From: Octopus bimaculoides | Lineage: Eukaryota | DNA: 64,000 bases | Direction of reading: 5' to 3' | Assembly: GCF_001194135.2 (NCBI RefSeq) | Contig: NC_068985.1 | Location: 32,983,850 to 33,047,849, forward strand | Shown: one piece after another, positions 28,259-42,389 of the stretch | Layout: each line of letters begins with the position of its first letter | Numbering within the stretch: position 1 is the first letter of the stretch | Program-made: the position numbers and the translations under genes | The notes under the pieces: model-generated | Databases searched by the model: none | What the model was told of the DNA's origin: nothing | Seen by the model: only the letters and a program-made list of their open reading frames with translations

Positions 28259-28580
28259 TACCTAAAGCTTAAAAGTTAAAAGATAATTATCCTAAAGCCT
28301 TGAAAATCTAAATTTATAACTTTGTAACTTAATCACAAACATGATATAACTGCAACATCAATTGAATCACTTAAAATTTAATAGAAAGTCAACTTTTTAA
28401 ATATTTTCTTAAAAAATCTAGTGCTGTAATAACATTCAAATTTGTGGCCAGTAACAGTAGAATCATCAGTTGGAGTGATCAGTAATGACTTGTGTGTTTA
28501 TCAGTATTTGTTTAAGTAAAATTATGTTATCTTTTCATTTGTCACAACTACGACTATGAAAGTAACATTCATATATACAT

Positions 28581-28737
28581 GCAGCAATGGCTGTGTGGTA
28601 AGAAGCTTGCTTCCCAAATACAAGGTTCTGAGTTCAGTCCCACTGTATGGCACCTTCGGCAAGTGTCTTCTACTACAGCCTCAGGCTAACCAAAGCCTTG
28701 TGAGTGGATTTGATAGATGGAAACTGATAGAAGCCTG

Positions 28738-28801
<64 letters not shown>

Positions 28802-29275
28802 NNNNNNNNNNNNNNNNNNNNNNNNNNNNNNNNNNNNNNNNNNNNNNNNNNNNNNNNNNNNNNNNNNNNNNNNNNNNNNNNNNNNNNNNNNNNNNNNNNN
28901 NNNNNNNNNNNNNNNNNNNNNNNNNNNNNNNNNNNNNNNNNNNNNNNNNNNNNNNNNNNNNNNNNNNNNNNNNNNNNNNNNNNNNNNNNNNNNNNNNNNN
29001 NNNNNNNNNNNNNNNNNNNNNNNNNNNNNNNNNNNNNNNNNNNNNNNNNNNNNNNNNNNNNNNNNNNNNNNNNNNNNNNNNNNNNNNNNNNNNNNNNNNN
29101 NNNNNNNNNNNNNNNNNNNNNNNNNNNNNNNNNNNNNNNNNNNNNNNNNNNNNNNNNNNNNNNNNNNNNNNNNNNNNNNNNNNNNNNNNNNNNNNNNNNN
29201 NNNNNNCATGCGGCTAAAATTTCAAGGTGGTTCCCCAGCTTGGCCACTGTCTAGTGACTGAAACAAGTAAAAGAT
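28581..29275 (+). mobile_element. tRNA-head SINE (family A) spanning an assembly gap
   Basis: A-box-like TGGCTGTGTGG (28588) and B-box-like GAGTTCAGTCC (28630), followed by the body, a (TA)(TG) microsatellite, the gap and then the tail ...gactgaaacaagtaaaaga. Confidence 0.8.
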
Positions 29276-29324
29276 ATATAAATGCATACATACATACAAA
29301 AAAAAAAACAGAGACAGGTGAAGC

Positions 29325-29471
29325 ACAGATGTGGCTGTGTGATTGAAAAGTTTGCTTCCCAACCACATGGTTTTGGGTTCAGTCTTTGAGTGTCTTCTAC
29401 TATAGACATGGGCCAACCTTGGCCTTGTGAGTGAATTTGATTGACAAAAGCTGAAAAGAAGCCCATCATGC

Positions 29472-29519
<48 letters not shown>

Positions 29520-29740
29520 TGTGTGTATGTTTGTGTTTCCTCATCTTAATGTTGCATGATAGTTGTAATGAGTGTCACTGTCATAGAAGCAGTATCATTT
29601 GTTTCCAATATTCAGCAAAAGCTTGACTTGTTTGGAAACCAGCAAGAAGAGCATCTAGACATAGAAAATGTGTCTCAAAAAACTCCATCTGACCAATGCA
29701 AGCATGGAGAAGGAGATATTTAAACAATGATGATAATGAT
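29325..29740 (+). mobile_element. SINE family A head and body with (GA)n and an RTE-like 3' tail
   Basis: tggctgtgtgattgaaaagtttgcttcccaaccacatgg...(GA)n...gcaagcatggagaaggagatatttaaacaatgatgataatgatgat. Confidence 0.7.
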
Positions 29741-30049
29741 GATACATTTCTTGAGCTTCAGGTAAATGCTGATGCGTTAGCAATAGCTATTAGTAATTCT
29801 CTTTTAATATCTGTTTTTGCATCACAGAGAAGAATACAGTCTTATTCTTACACTATTTTGTAGTCTCTTTATAACATTAAGGGATCGTTATTGTTTCCTA
29901 CATTTTTCACAGAAAAAAAAAAAAATCAAAATTACTGTATATAAAGCTTCAACAATAGTAAATCAATTAATGCATTGTAATTCAATTATTAAAGCAGCCT
30001 TTGAAGCCATCCATCCATCTTCTTCACCCACTATTCGTGAGTAGGTCTT

Positions 30050-30295
30050 GGCAGTAGTCCTCAGGCACCTTCTCCATAAGATCCTATCAGAAACAACTCA
30101 TTAGACTTTCCAACTGGATTCCCAAGCATGACCAACTGAAACTATGAATATTGTCCAACCATCTCATGCTCTGTCTACCTTTAGGTCTCTTGCTGGATGG
30201 TTCAGCTTGAAGAATTTGTATTGCGATTTTGTCCTGCAACATTCTAATCACATGTCTGTTGTACCAAAGCTGTGACCTCTCCATGCAGGAGCAAT
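30050..30295 (-). mobile_element. Decayed RTE LINE ORF C-terminus
   Basis: RSQLWYNRHVIRMLQDKIAIQILQAEPSSKRPKGRQSMRWLDNI resembles the RTE terminal motif W.GHV.RM....KRP.GRP..RW.D. Confidence 0.7.
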
Positions 30296-31162
30296 ATAAT
30301 AAATATCAAGAGATCTCTATCAAGTACTTCCCAGAAAAAAAAAAAAAAAATCATCTGTATTTCAGTTTGGTAATTGTGATAATTGTCTATTAGTCTTTCC
30401 CAATAAAGATGTGAAACATAGCTTGAGTAAAAATAAAAAGAATATTTAGGCCATGGCTACACCCTTAATTATCTTTCTTGAAGATTGATGTCATTTGAAG
30501 AAATTGTTATCTTCTACACATGGAAAAACATAAATTTCATTTTTAAATTGTTTTGTTTTGAAAAGGAAGTTCTATTTTGCAGAATATATTTAACAAATAA
30601 TTGAAGTTTTAATTGCATTCAAGTCATGATCATGAGTTATGATAATGATAATAGCTGAATAAATTAATGAATGGAAAGAAGATGGAGAAATTAATCAGTT
30701 GACTATATTAGTATATTTATTCACTAATTCACTAGTGAATTACTTTTGCCATGTTTATCTTTCTTACTAGAATTGATATTCATCAGATACAATAATCAAG
30801 TTTTTCTTAACTGTATATAGTATATATATTATGTTCATTATGCTAACATTGTTTCACCTTTTCAAAGAAAATAAAGACCAGTTATTCTCCTGTGAATTTA
30901 TTCATTACTGGTTTCAGTTATTGTACTGTGACCATGATGGGGGTCATTGCCCTTTGTGGTATGCGTGATTACACTGCTCCTCCCTCCCCCACCTCAAAAG
31001 TGAAAAACAAAATGGACGTGAGCCAGATGAAGATTCAGAACAAAAGATGTAACTAAATATCAGATATTTTGCTCATCACTTTCTCAACTCTATATTGCAA
31101 TTTCTTGCTAACTTACAGCATCCCTATTGAGTCATTATCTTCCTTTTTACACTTGAACTGCC

Positions 31163-31195
<33 letters not shown>

Positions 31196-31481
31196 GTGAG
31201 GACACAAGGCCTAGTGTTTTCAATTCCTAGACAAGATGGTGTGTTGTGTTCTTAGGCAAAACACTCCATCTCCCGTTGCTCTGTGATCACTTCGACACTT
31301 GACGCATAGCACACTGTGCTACATTGATTTGATGGAGGGAGTGAGCTTAATATACAGCACATACATTTGATTGCTATAAACAAATCATTTGTGCAGGTTG
31401 TGTGGCAAAAGCTCAACACTCATAGTCTTCAACAAGAGAGTCCATTGTTATTATTATTATTATAGTATTATCATTTTATAG

Positions 31482-31728
31482 GCACAAGCATGGCACCTTG
31501 GGCAAGTGTTTTACTACTGTAGCCCTGGGACAACCAAAGCATTGAGAGTGGATTTGGTGGATAAAAACTGAAAGAAGCGCTTTGTGTGTGTCTCTGTGAA
31601 GGGGTTTCTTTGTCTTGCCATCATGTAATTGTTGAAAGACGTGGGGTCATAGAAAATTTTCCTCGAATAAATTATCTGACCCATGCAGGCATGGAAAAAT
31701 GTATGCTAAAACAGTGATGATGATGGTT
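31482..31728 (+). mobile_element. Truncated SINE family A copy with an RTE-like tail
   Basis: catggcaccttgggcaagtg...gtggatttggtggataaaaactgaaagaagc...gacccatgcaggcatggaaaa...gatgatgatg. Confidence 0.65.
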
Positions 31729-32084
31729 TGTATGAAAGGCAGTATTTATTGTCTTGCCAAAGAAACAGCATTGTCCTCAGGTTAGCAGCCTTACAATTTT
31801 TCATTGAGCTGTCAAAATTTTATCCAATAATTCTTTTACTTTTTCTCACCATTGTAGTATGACCATGCTATTGCAGTATTAATCCTGATACAAACGTTGT
31901 CTTGCCCTGGGTAATTTTGTGATTGGGGAAGTTATATATTGCATCTACTGGTCATCTTGACCATACCATTTCCATAACTTGCCAACACCCTGAGTGATAA
32001 ACTAAAAGTGTCTGTGGCATGTTTTAGATTTGATTTAATCCTCTATGTAAAATTCTTTCACTTATGAAAGTGTTTCATCTATTC

Positions 32085-32470
32085 TCTTTTGCTTGTTTCA
32101 GTCATTAGACTGTTGCCATGCTGGGGCACTGCTTTGAAGTAATTTTAGTCGAATGCATCAATTCCAGTACTTATTTTTAAAAACCTGATACTTATTCTGT
32201 CACTCACTTTTGCTGAACTGCTGAGTTACAGTACAGGGTTATAAACACACCAGTAGCAGTTGTCAAGCTATGGTGGTAGTGGGGAGGGAGCAGACAGACA
32301 GACATACACACAAACAGGCTTCTTTCAGTTTCTATCTACCAAATCCACTCACAAGGCTTTAGTCAGCCTGAGGCTGTAGTAGAAGACATTGCCCAGGGTG
32401 CCTTGCAGTGGGATTGAACATCAAACCATGTGGTTGGGAAGCAAGCTTCTTACCACACAGTCATACCTGC
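32085..32470 (-). mobile_element. SINE family A copy
   Basis: Full tail-to-head match to the family in reverse orientation. Confidence 0.8.
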
Positions 32471-33554
32471 ACTTGTGTGTCATGTATGGGGTTTAAATTA
32501 TTTCTATCACTGAACTTTTACTTAAAATCCTATTATCATTACTATAATTTGTTTGATCATTGGAATACCACTTAGATATTATCTTATGTACTCAAAATAA
32601 GGTAGTTTGATAAATTCAACCAATAGCTGGTCAGTGAAATGGTTGTCAGTATAGGTTATATGTGGGTACTTACAAGATGGTGAATTAGTACTATTCAATG
32701 TTAATGAGCATCACATGAAAACACTGTGGTAGGATACAAACTGTTGATAACATGTTGGTATAGTCAGTATCCTGGATGTTGTAACAAAAGTGTTTCTCTA
32801 CATTTGTTTTGTATCCTTACATGATGTGATAAGTGGTGTACATCTTTGGAGATATAGAAGAAGTCAAATTAAAATTAACACAAACATTTATAGTTTTTTT
32901 ATTTTATGAAATAAAATCAAAATGCTTACAACAGAATAAGATATATACCTTGAAAAAAACTTCATTGCCTTAAAAAGAAATATCATTTGTTATATCCAAA
33001 AATGAATTCTTTCAAAGTTAGGCATGCAATTTATAATACTCACCATCACCCTCATAATTCTGTTACCTTCACCACCAACCATCCTCATCCTATCTATATA
33101 TTTGTCTATCTATCTATCTATCTCAATGTTTCTCACTCTCTCGCTATATATATATATATATATNNNNNNNNNNNNNNNNNNNNNNNNNNNNNNNNNNNNN
33201 NNNNNNNNNNNNNNNNNNNNNNNNNNNNNNNNNNNNNNNNNNNNNNNNNNNNNNNNNNNNNNNNNNNNNNNNNNNNNNNNNNNNNNNNNNNNNNNNNNNN
33301 NNNTATATATATGTATATATATGTATATATATTTTTTATTCTAGTTTCAGCTCAGTGCTGATGCACTACTGTGTTGCTACACTGTTATTACTGAGAGCCT
33401 CCTCCAATATATATATATATATACACATACATACATACATATACATACAGTGTACACCAGGCTCCAATCTGATTTGGCAGAGATTCTACAGCTGGATGCC
33501 CTTCCTAACGCCAACCACTCCGAGAGTGTAGTGGGTGCTTTTACATGCTTTTAC

Positions 33555-33900
33555 CTTCAAATGAGGAGAAAAGTTTAAAATCAAGACCAATTTCTCTTGT
33601 TCCTCTGGGAACTTCATTTATGTCCTCACATGCGCAGGTTGCCAACACAACTATATCGGACAGATGAGCCACACTTTGCATAGAAGAGTAGCAGTCCATA
33701 AAGAACAAATAAATCTCCCACAACACCGCCAAATTCCACTCAGTGGCCACATAGACTCTTGAGCCAGAAACAAAAACCCTAGATTCCTTATATTCCCTTT
33801 CTTTCAATGTAAAGACAAATCTCCACACAAGAAAGAATCAACAAGGAGAATCTTTTTATAGAGAAATTGGAACCACTTCTTAACACACAAACCCCTCGGT
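33555..33900 (+). mobile_element. Penelope-like element, GIY-YIG endonuclease relic
   Basis: EKFKIKTNFSCSSGNFIYVLTCAGCQHNYIGQMSHTLHRRVAVHKEQINLPQHRQIPLSGHIDS*...FLIFPFFQ, then a frameshift, then ENLFIEKLEPLLN. It has the IY/YIG pair with CxxC, the R-H motif and the terminal P.LN. Confidence 0.85.
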
Positions 33901-34034
33901 GACCATATTTCTCTAAGAACAGACATAAACTTCCTGTTGACAAAAAGTCCAGAACTCCAACTAAAGAGTATAAAACCCACAGAATTGTCTTCCCTTACAC
34001 ACACTTCCTGTTTTGACACCACACTTCCTGCTTA

Positions 34035-34277
34035 ACACATATGTGTGTATATATACATATATATATGTACATATATCTATATGTACATATATCTATATGT
34101 ACATATATCTATATGTATATATATCTATATATACATATATATATATGTATATATATGTGTGTGTATATATATATGTGTATATGTATCTATATGTATATAT
34201 ATATATACATATATATGTATGTATATATATATATATATATATATGTGTGTATATATATATGTGTGTGTATATATATA

Positions 34278-34309
<32 letters not shown>

Positions 34310-34345
34310 CATATATACGTGTGTATATATAGATATATATCTATG
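34035..34345. repeat. Compound (TA)/(TG)/(TATC) microsatellite
   Basis: Directly visible; it generates the spurious YIYI/CVCV ORFs. Confidence 0.95.
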
Positions 34346-34844
34346 TAGTATCCCTTTTAAGGAAGTATTTTAAGAACTGTCTTTTCCTGTCATTGCAATA
34401 TTACTGTTGGCATTCTAAAACTGAGTTAATTTCATTTCCCTCGCACACAACCATTCACTTCCAACATTCATGTCAATTTGATAGAATTTTCTATGAACTG
34501 TATTTCTTTGTTTTTGTATTTTATAATTGATTTGTCTTTGTTATGTATGTTTATTAGTTTTTGTTTTCTTGTAAAATGGCAAGTGAAGGCATCAAATGAC
34601 GCTTTCAAGGCAGTTCTTGTATTTTTTAACCATTTTTTCTTCTTCATAACAGTAATCCCAACCTTCATTCTACCTACAACTCACATATCACATAATTTCA
34701 CTTCCTTTCCAAAATTTGTATGCAACAAAATATATGAATTTCTCTCTCTGCTAGCACACTGTCTACTTCTTGTTTTGTCTTTTTTCCCTTTCTTTTAATA
34801 GAATGATTTATTTATTGGTTTGCATCATGAAACACATTAAAATA

Positions 34845-34877
<33 letters not shown>

Positions 34878-36391
34878 GTATACACAAACATACATGTATA
34901 TTTAAAGTTATAAAAAAAGAGAAAAATAGGTTGTTTCCTGCTATAATTTATTTTTCCTATTTACTGTTGCTGTTTTTAATCAAAATATTCCCCATCTTGA
35001 ATTAGGTCTTGCACGCAATATTACACAGAATTAACTAACATGTACAAGCAAGGGATTAATTTTTTTTTTCTTCTCCTATTTGTATAATGTTTGTATATCT
35101 CTGAAATCTGTGCTCCAGCATGACTGTTGTCATACTGGTTAAAAGCAAATGAGAAAGCTATTTTAAATTTCACTGTTAGAGGTTGTTACAGATATCACAC
35201 AATAGACTTCCTTGATATCATATCACTCACTGTCTAATTTGTTGAAGTTCTAATTTATTATTTACTATATGACATTGTTACCCTATAGTTTGATGGTATA
35301 AAAATTCACTTGTCAAAGGTCAATGCAGTGAAGAGCCAACAAGGGAACTGTGAATGACCAGAAATGGTAGCCAAATTTGTCTCAAATCATACTGCATTGT
35401 TTTATGATGGGAAGAAACATTGAATAATGTGGTTGAAGGCGCATAGCCTGAATAAAGACAATGATCACAGCTAAAATACCTTTGTTTGTAGCTCTGTTCT
35501 AACAGAGCCAATCTGGATTTAATAACAACACCAAAGAGAAACAGATCCATGTTAATGAATATTACTACATTATGTAAAGAGACTAATTTTTGATTTAAGA
35601 CTTAAAATACTGTGTTGTATTAACATTTGGGAAATATAACCCACCCACATACAACACATGCATGCACACACACTCACAAAAGAAAAACAGTAACATGTTT
35701 TAAAAATTGCATTTTAGTAGGCTTAAGTGTCTAAATCTAGATTCCTTCTCCTTTTTAGTCAGTGTGGTGTAATGAAATTCTACATTAAGAACATACTTTG
35801 TCTAAAATATAAATTTTCAGATCTTGCATTGATAACGAAAAAAGAACAGTGCTTTGACAGCATCATTAGTGTGCCAGACAAAATGCATATTGGTATTTGT
35901 TCTCGCTCTTTGCATTCTGAGTTCAAATTCCACTGAAGTCAGTTTTGCTTTCCATCCTTCTGAAGTCAATAAAATAAAGTAACAATCATATGTTGGGGTT
36001 CATTATAATCATTTGTCCCCTACCATTGAAGCTTTAACTTAGTGCATTTGTAAAAAATCATTTTTATTAATGTTTTTTTTTTGTTTTTTTTTTTAAATGC
36101 AGTATTTGCGTTGAAGGATAGAAATTGAAACATAAAAGTGTTAGAAAATTTTTCCCAATTTGGAATTTGTAGTTTTGTGAAAATATTACTGACTAAATAT
36201 AAAGAAAATTATTCAGTTTCTTTCTTTTTGTAAGAATGATGATGAATTCTTTTTCTTTTAGTAAGAATTCTATGATAACATTGAGATAAAATGAAAAAAT
36301 GTTTTTATTTTTCAATACCACCTCAAATATTTCTTTCGTGGATTTAAATTCACTGTATTTCTGACATGCACGCACACGCACATGCACACGC

Positions 36392-36449
<58 letters not shown>

Positions 36450-37076
36450 TTTTATCATAGCCATATACCACCAAATTTATAAAGGGAAAAAGTTGTAACG
36501 CTCATGTCTTTTTTCCCAAGAGCATTAGTGATGTTGAAGTGATTCCAGCTGAGAATTAAAATTGGGTTGCAGACTTTGTTTTGGGATATAGATTCAGTTC
36601 AATGATAACTTACCACAGTATTGTCTTTGTGTGTGTGTGTGTGTGCGCACGCGTGTGCACGCATGTGCATGCACACATGCATGTGCACATGTGTGTGTGT
36701 GTCTGTCTCAGCGCTTTAATCAGCTGTTTAGTTTTCTTTCTTATTAATCTCTTAATTAGGGAAGCCTTTTAAAATACCAAGAATAATAAATCTGTCTCTT
36801 GTTCTCTGTTTCATTGTTCTGGGTTTAAGTGCTATTGTTGTCAACTTCACCTTCATTTCTCCAGGAGATGATAAAGTCAGCATCAAGATATGTTAACTAT
36901 AAATCACACCCACAAAAAAAGTCTAAATCCAAGAAAAGGCTATACTGGTAAATGTAAAATAGCCTTTAATTGAAAGAATAATAAACAATTGATAAAATGC
37001 AATTGAATATGACAAGACAGTTGTCACTATTTAAAATCAAAAACATGTTATGCATCATCCAGAGAGAAGAGAAGTA

Positions 37077-38317
37077 TTGGGTCATCTCATAAATGTGGGG
37101 TTTTTTTAATACTTCATTTAGTTTTCAAAATTAAGATAAACAAAGTTCCTTTTTAATCTAGAATATACTCCCCTTCATTTTCTACAATGCTCTTCCATCT
37201 ATCTGGTCAACTTGCAAGGTCCCTCTTCCAAAATTCCCTTGTCTGTGATGAAAATTACTCCTCCAGTACTGTTCTGACCTCCTCTACAGAATTTGTATTT
37301 TTTCTGTCCAAATGATTTTGAAGACTGGAATAAATAATAATCAGATGGGGCAATGTCCGGTGAATATGGTGGGTGGGGCATCATTTCCCATTCAAACTGC
37401 TCCAGCCTTTGGAATGTCATCCTCACTGTCTGTGGCCGAGCATTATCCTGATGGAAGAACACCTTTTGTCTTGAAACCAAACATGGTCGTTTTTCTTCTA
37501 GAACTGACTTAACCCACTCAAGCTGCTCACAGTAGATCTCTTTTGTTATCGTTTGGTTTGTGTTTAAAAGTTCCAAGTGAGTTAAACATTTCATATTCCA
37601 CCAAACAGATAACAACACCTTACATGGGTGAAGACCTTCTTTAGCCTGGGGTGCCAGTATTTCTCCTTTCCCTATCCACTGTCTTTGGCATTTGACATTT
37701 TTATAGAGAATCCATTTCTTGTCACCAGTCATTGTTGGGTCCAAAAAAGGTTCATTTATGAGACATGACAGCAAAGAAGAGCACACATTCACTTTCTGCA
37801 TGTGATTAAACTTGGAAAGTTTGTGAGGAACCCATTGACCCAATTTACTGACTTTTCCAATGAATGGTTGAATGACTAAATCCAAGCTTCTCTGCTAGTT
37901 CCTCAACAGTTACGATGGGAGTTTGGTCTACCAGGGTTTGCAGGATGTCCTCATTGAGCTCTTCCAGGACAAGGCTTGTCTTCTAGGCTGTAGTTTCCAG
38001 CTTGGAATTTCTGGAACTACCATTGACACTGGCTTATGCTTATTGTCCGATCCCCATATACTTTCCGTTGTGTTTTTGCCTTTATTGAACTCATAAAGCA
38101 AAGTATGCCAAATATGCTCCTTTGTCACTTTCATTATAGATTTGAAAAAATAACTTAAAATCGAACTGCACTCTTCAAAACTTGCACTAAGAATAAGGAC
38201 AAGATAAAATTACTTCCTGCTTTTATAGCAAGTTGATACAGGTAGTTTATCCCATCCCCCTCCAACTTTTAGTTCATGCAATTGAAAAAAAACCACATTA
38301 TTTATGGGATAACCCAA
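37077..38317 (-). mobile_element. Full-length but defective mariner (Tc1/mariner, D,D34D) DNA transposon
   Basis: Imperfect TIRs (TTGGGTCATCTCATAAATG on the left; TTGGGTTATCCCATAAATAATG on the right, reverse complement). TA at 37075-76 and 38318-19. Length is 1241 bp. The N-terminal piece MKVTKEHIWHTLLYEFNKG (38134) is frameshifted from ORF 37885-37199, which carries WVPHKL, TGDKKW, HQDNARP and YSPDIAPSDY, with 34 residues between the second and third Asp. Confidence 0.93.
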
Positions 38318-40112
38318 TATATGTTATGCAATATAGAATTTGGTTTCCTTATAAAATAACCAATTCTATAAAGTTGTCTTTATAACAAGTTATCTTAATT
38401 AATGTCTTAATATAATTAAGGCATTTAAATTTAGCTAAGATAGAACATGTATGTTATCTTCTACGTTTCCTCATTATTTTAGCCTATATAACCCTCTGCT
38501 TTCTCTAATATAAGGCAACTTTCATTTGGCAGATATATGGACTGAAATATAATCTAATCAAGTAATCAACAATTTTTATTCCTTTATGGTTGAGTCTAGG
38601 TTAAATATATGTGTATAGGATTGTTTATTTTGCAGCACCAAACACAGCTTCTAAATTGAATAAATTAAGAATAGTATTTGTAAATTGTCTATTAGAGTTA
38701 ATGTAAGAGAGAATATGGGGATTAAATGTCAGTATGACCTTGTCAACAAGGGAGCTCTGAATATGATACTAGGAAGCACCATCTTGTTGAGTTCATTATA
38801 GAAAATAAAAAATTCATAAATTAGGATTTTGGACCTTTTCAAGTTGACTTTGAAAAGTGGGTTGAATATTGGCTGTGGTATTAATATGGTAGCAGAACAG
38901 TTTTGACACATTAAAATAGTTTGTACTGTTTCTCTTTAAACTTGAATTGCACAATTTCTTACCAAAAAATATTCAATGATTTATTTTCATATTGATGAAA
39001 TACATTTAGAATTACAGACATCAAAATGCTGTATAAATATAAAATAAATAGATTGAAAAATTTTGACAGTTTAAGCTTCAGGATTGCATGGCATGATGGA
39101 TAATTAGATTAAAAGCTATTAGTCTTGAATTCTCTCAGCTGGTAGTGTTAAAAAAGAAAGAAGAAGAAACACATTAGTAGGATGGGTTAGGAAGCAATTA
39201 TATAACTTCAAAGAATCAAGAGGGAAATATCAGCAAAAATAATTGTGTTTATTATGAACTAGTCAAAGCTTTGTGGTATAAAAACAGTAAAATTTTATTG
39301 AACTCCTAAATATATAATTATATAAAGAGAAATTCTGAGATCTTCACAATTTTCTTTGTCATTGCATCAATGTTACTTGAGGCTACAATCTGATATCTCA
39401 GACTGCCAGTTGAATATTCAGGATAGAATTTTTTTTTTTTATCAGCCTGTAGAAAAAGATGACATAGGTTCATTTCTAGTCTGCAGACATGATGTTATTT
39501 AATGTTAAATTGTGAAATTCTTTTGTTTTGTTGTTGTTGGATATTGGCTTTGACTAAGCATATATAAATGACTAAACTAGGCAATTGAATACTTGTATAT
39601 GATTCAGCACTGTAGACTAAAAGAAATATCATAGTTAATTTTAGCAGGAATCAAATTTAGTTTTATAAACTACTGAGAAATTTGCTAATTGATATCTCTT
39701 CAGTTACTATACTCTGTCACTGTATGACTTTGAGAGACTGTATGACTTTTAACTCAAGCTTCTTTAAGATTAATTGTTGCTAATCTCTCACGTCTAAATA
39801 ATTTTTCATTTTGGGGTTATCCTACTTTTGGCCTTCTGTTGGCCAGGTTATCAAAGGATTAGTATTTGAAATGTGAAGTCCCAGCACCTAAGACAGTAGC
39901 ACTATTTTTGAAGTATTCTTATTACAACTAAGACAAAGGGTAAAAGTATATGATTATGTATGCATTTCCACTTATTAATAATGTGGTACTACACCACTTC
40001 AACCCACTTATGCAACAGTAGAACAGCTAAGAGAGAAAATGATGAAGCTCCCAAACTGATTGACAGTTTGATGGTTCCTAGCGCTGCCACAGTCGGCAAC
40101 TAGCAGATTGAG

Positions 40113-40149
<37 letters not shown>

Positions 40150-40249
40150 NNNNNNNNNNNNNNNNNNNNNNNNNNNNNNNNNNNNNNNNNNNNNNNNNNN
40201 NNNNNNNNNNNNNNNNNNNNNNNNNNNNNNNNNNNNNNNNNNNNNNNNN

Positions 40250-40287
<38 letters not shown>

Positions 40288-41781
40288 GCACACACACACC
40301 TACACCTACCTGCCTTTTTGTTTGTTACAGAAAAGAAAATATATTTGAAAGTCTGATTTATATTAATCTCATCATACTGTTATGAAATGAACTCTGATTT
40401 TAAAGTTAAAAGAAGTGAGTAGAGACAACTCTGAATTATGTGACTCATTTTTGTTAATACTCTTTGGATAAGCAGTTGTTTAGGATGTTATTCTAAATCC
40501 TGAATACTTTATCCATGTATGGTGAAGTTTGATTTTAGCTGACACCCCCAAATATTTTGAAGTTTCCTGAAAACTATAATGCAAGTATTGTCTGTCCTTT
40601 GTATCTTCTGTTATAAATAAAAATATTGGATGGTATGCAGTTATATATACTGGATTAGCAGATGAAGATAAGAATCAGTTTGAAAAGATTAAAAATATCT
40701 GTAGGAAAGATACTTTATATATCATCATAGTCTTGTGTGTATGTAGGTGCACTCAGTTACGCAGACAGTGTGTGGTGTATTCTGTGGATACTGAAATGGT
40801 GTTTAAATGATAGTATATTTAAATTATAAATAGAAAATGTGAAATAGTGCTTTGTAATAGCATAATACAGAATTTGTCCTTGGAATATATGTATGTTCAT
40901 ATGAATAAACCTGTATAAATATGTATATGTATCTATCATTTTGAGTATTTTCCTCCTCGCTTTCAAAATATTTTCTCTTCAAGTGAGAGAGAGGGTATTG
41001 CTAACCTGGAATCCATTCTTTTTCATGTACTGAGGGTATTTATTTTACAATGATGTAGATAGTACAAAGGTTAAAGTTTATAACTCAGAAAATAGGAATT
41101 GGCAGATAAAGAAGCAACTAATGTTGGAACATTTTCAATTTTGACCACTAAATTAAGCTAACATTTGGCATGGATTCAGACATAGATAGTGTTTGTCATG
41201 ATCAGCTCTCGTGAGCACTTCCTCTTACTTGAAACAAATACTCCAAAATCAGGAAATTACATTGAAAATAAATCATCTGAATGTAAATATTTTTTTATGA
41301 AGTTTATTTAACCCTTTAACTGCTACACAAAATATAACCATTTAGTGTCATAAGTTTGTCGCATCAATTATTTGCTGACATATCTATTAAAGAAAACTAA
41401 AGACTGATAAAACAAAGCTAGAAAACTGAATTATTTTATAAAGTGTGCTATCACTAGACTAAAGAAGCTGAAATCCTAAGTAGGTGGAATGAACACATAT
41501 ACATATATAAACGTTTTATGTATGTGTGTGTATGTGTATTGTTTTATTCAACTGTTTTATCTGTAGTTGGATAAAACAGTGAGAGTAGTAGAACATTTGT
41601 ACTTCATGTAATAATTGATACTTTTGTCTTAGAAAAATAGAAAAGGAAACTTTTGTAATTCAATGCTGTCTCTTATGTAGTTGGAGAATTCAGTTGAGAA
41701 TTTGTTGGCTATTTGAAAATATATTGCTTCCTAAAATTGCTTACATGCACATATTCACGTGCATGCACACATACACTAAAC

Positions 41782-41968
41782 CAATGATTCCCAATCTTTT
41801 CACAGTGGTTCCCAACACTTTTATTCAAATGAGTTTTCCCATGGACCCTTTTAATATGCTTATCTTTATGTGTGTGTGTGTGTGAAATTTTGAGTTCAGT
41901 TCACAAGCCCCCCAATACTACCTTTGTGGACCACCAGAGGTCTGAGGATCTCAGGTTGGGAACCACTG
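41782..41968. mobile_element. hAT-type MITE
   Basis: The right TIR is GGTTGGGAACCACTG. There is a degenerate left TIR CAATGATTCCCAATC at 41782 and a second, better copy CAGTGGTTCCCAAC at 41803. The 8-bp flanks CACTAAAC and CACTAGAC match at 7 of 8 positions. Confidence 0.75.
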
Positions 41969-42389
41969 CACTAGACAATGATAATTGTTTAATAGTGGTA
42001 GAATTCACTGTTAATAAGCTCGAAAGAATTTTCATTTACTAAGACAATAGCCAAATGAATGGAAGAAAAATCAAGTAATTAAATGATGATGATGAGGCAG
42101 TATATCCAGGAATACTTTATTTATTATGTTGTCATTTCTTTATTTTAAGAGGGTAAAGCATGGCTTGATGGTAATTTGGTTGTTGTTTCTAGCAGATTGA
42201 GCAACCACTTAAAGATTTCTTTGTTAGCATTGTACTGCCATTGATAGGTACTAGTGAATGCTGCAGTCAGTAAGAGTACAAATTAATAATTTAATTTAAT
42301 AATTGCAGTACTGAGTTAAGCTATGGAATCCATTTCACTGAAATCTCTCATAGAAATCTTGAAGTAGGTAGGATCAACAAGAATGTTTC

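Noticed and set aside
34013-34373. YIYI/CVCV/THTH/ERER low-complexity ORFs (also 9713, 25226, 36193, 54530 and 58912-59514)
   Set aside because: These are translations of microsatellites.
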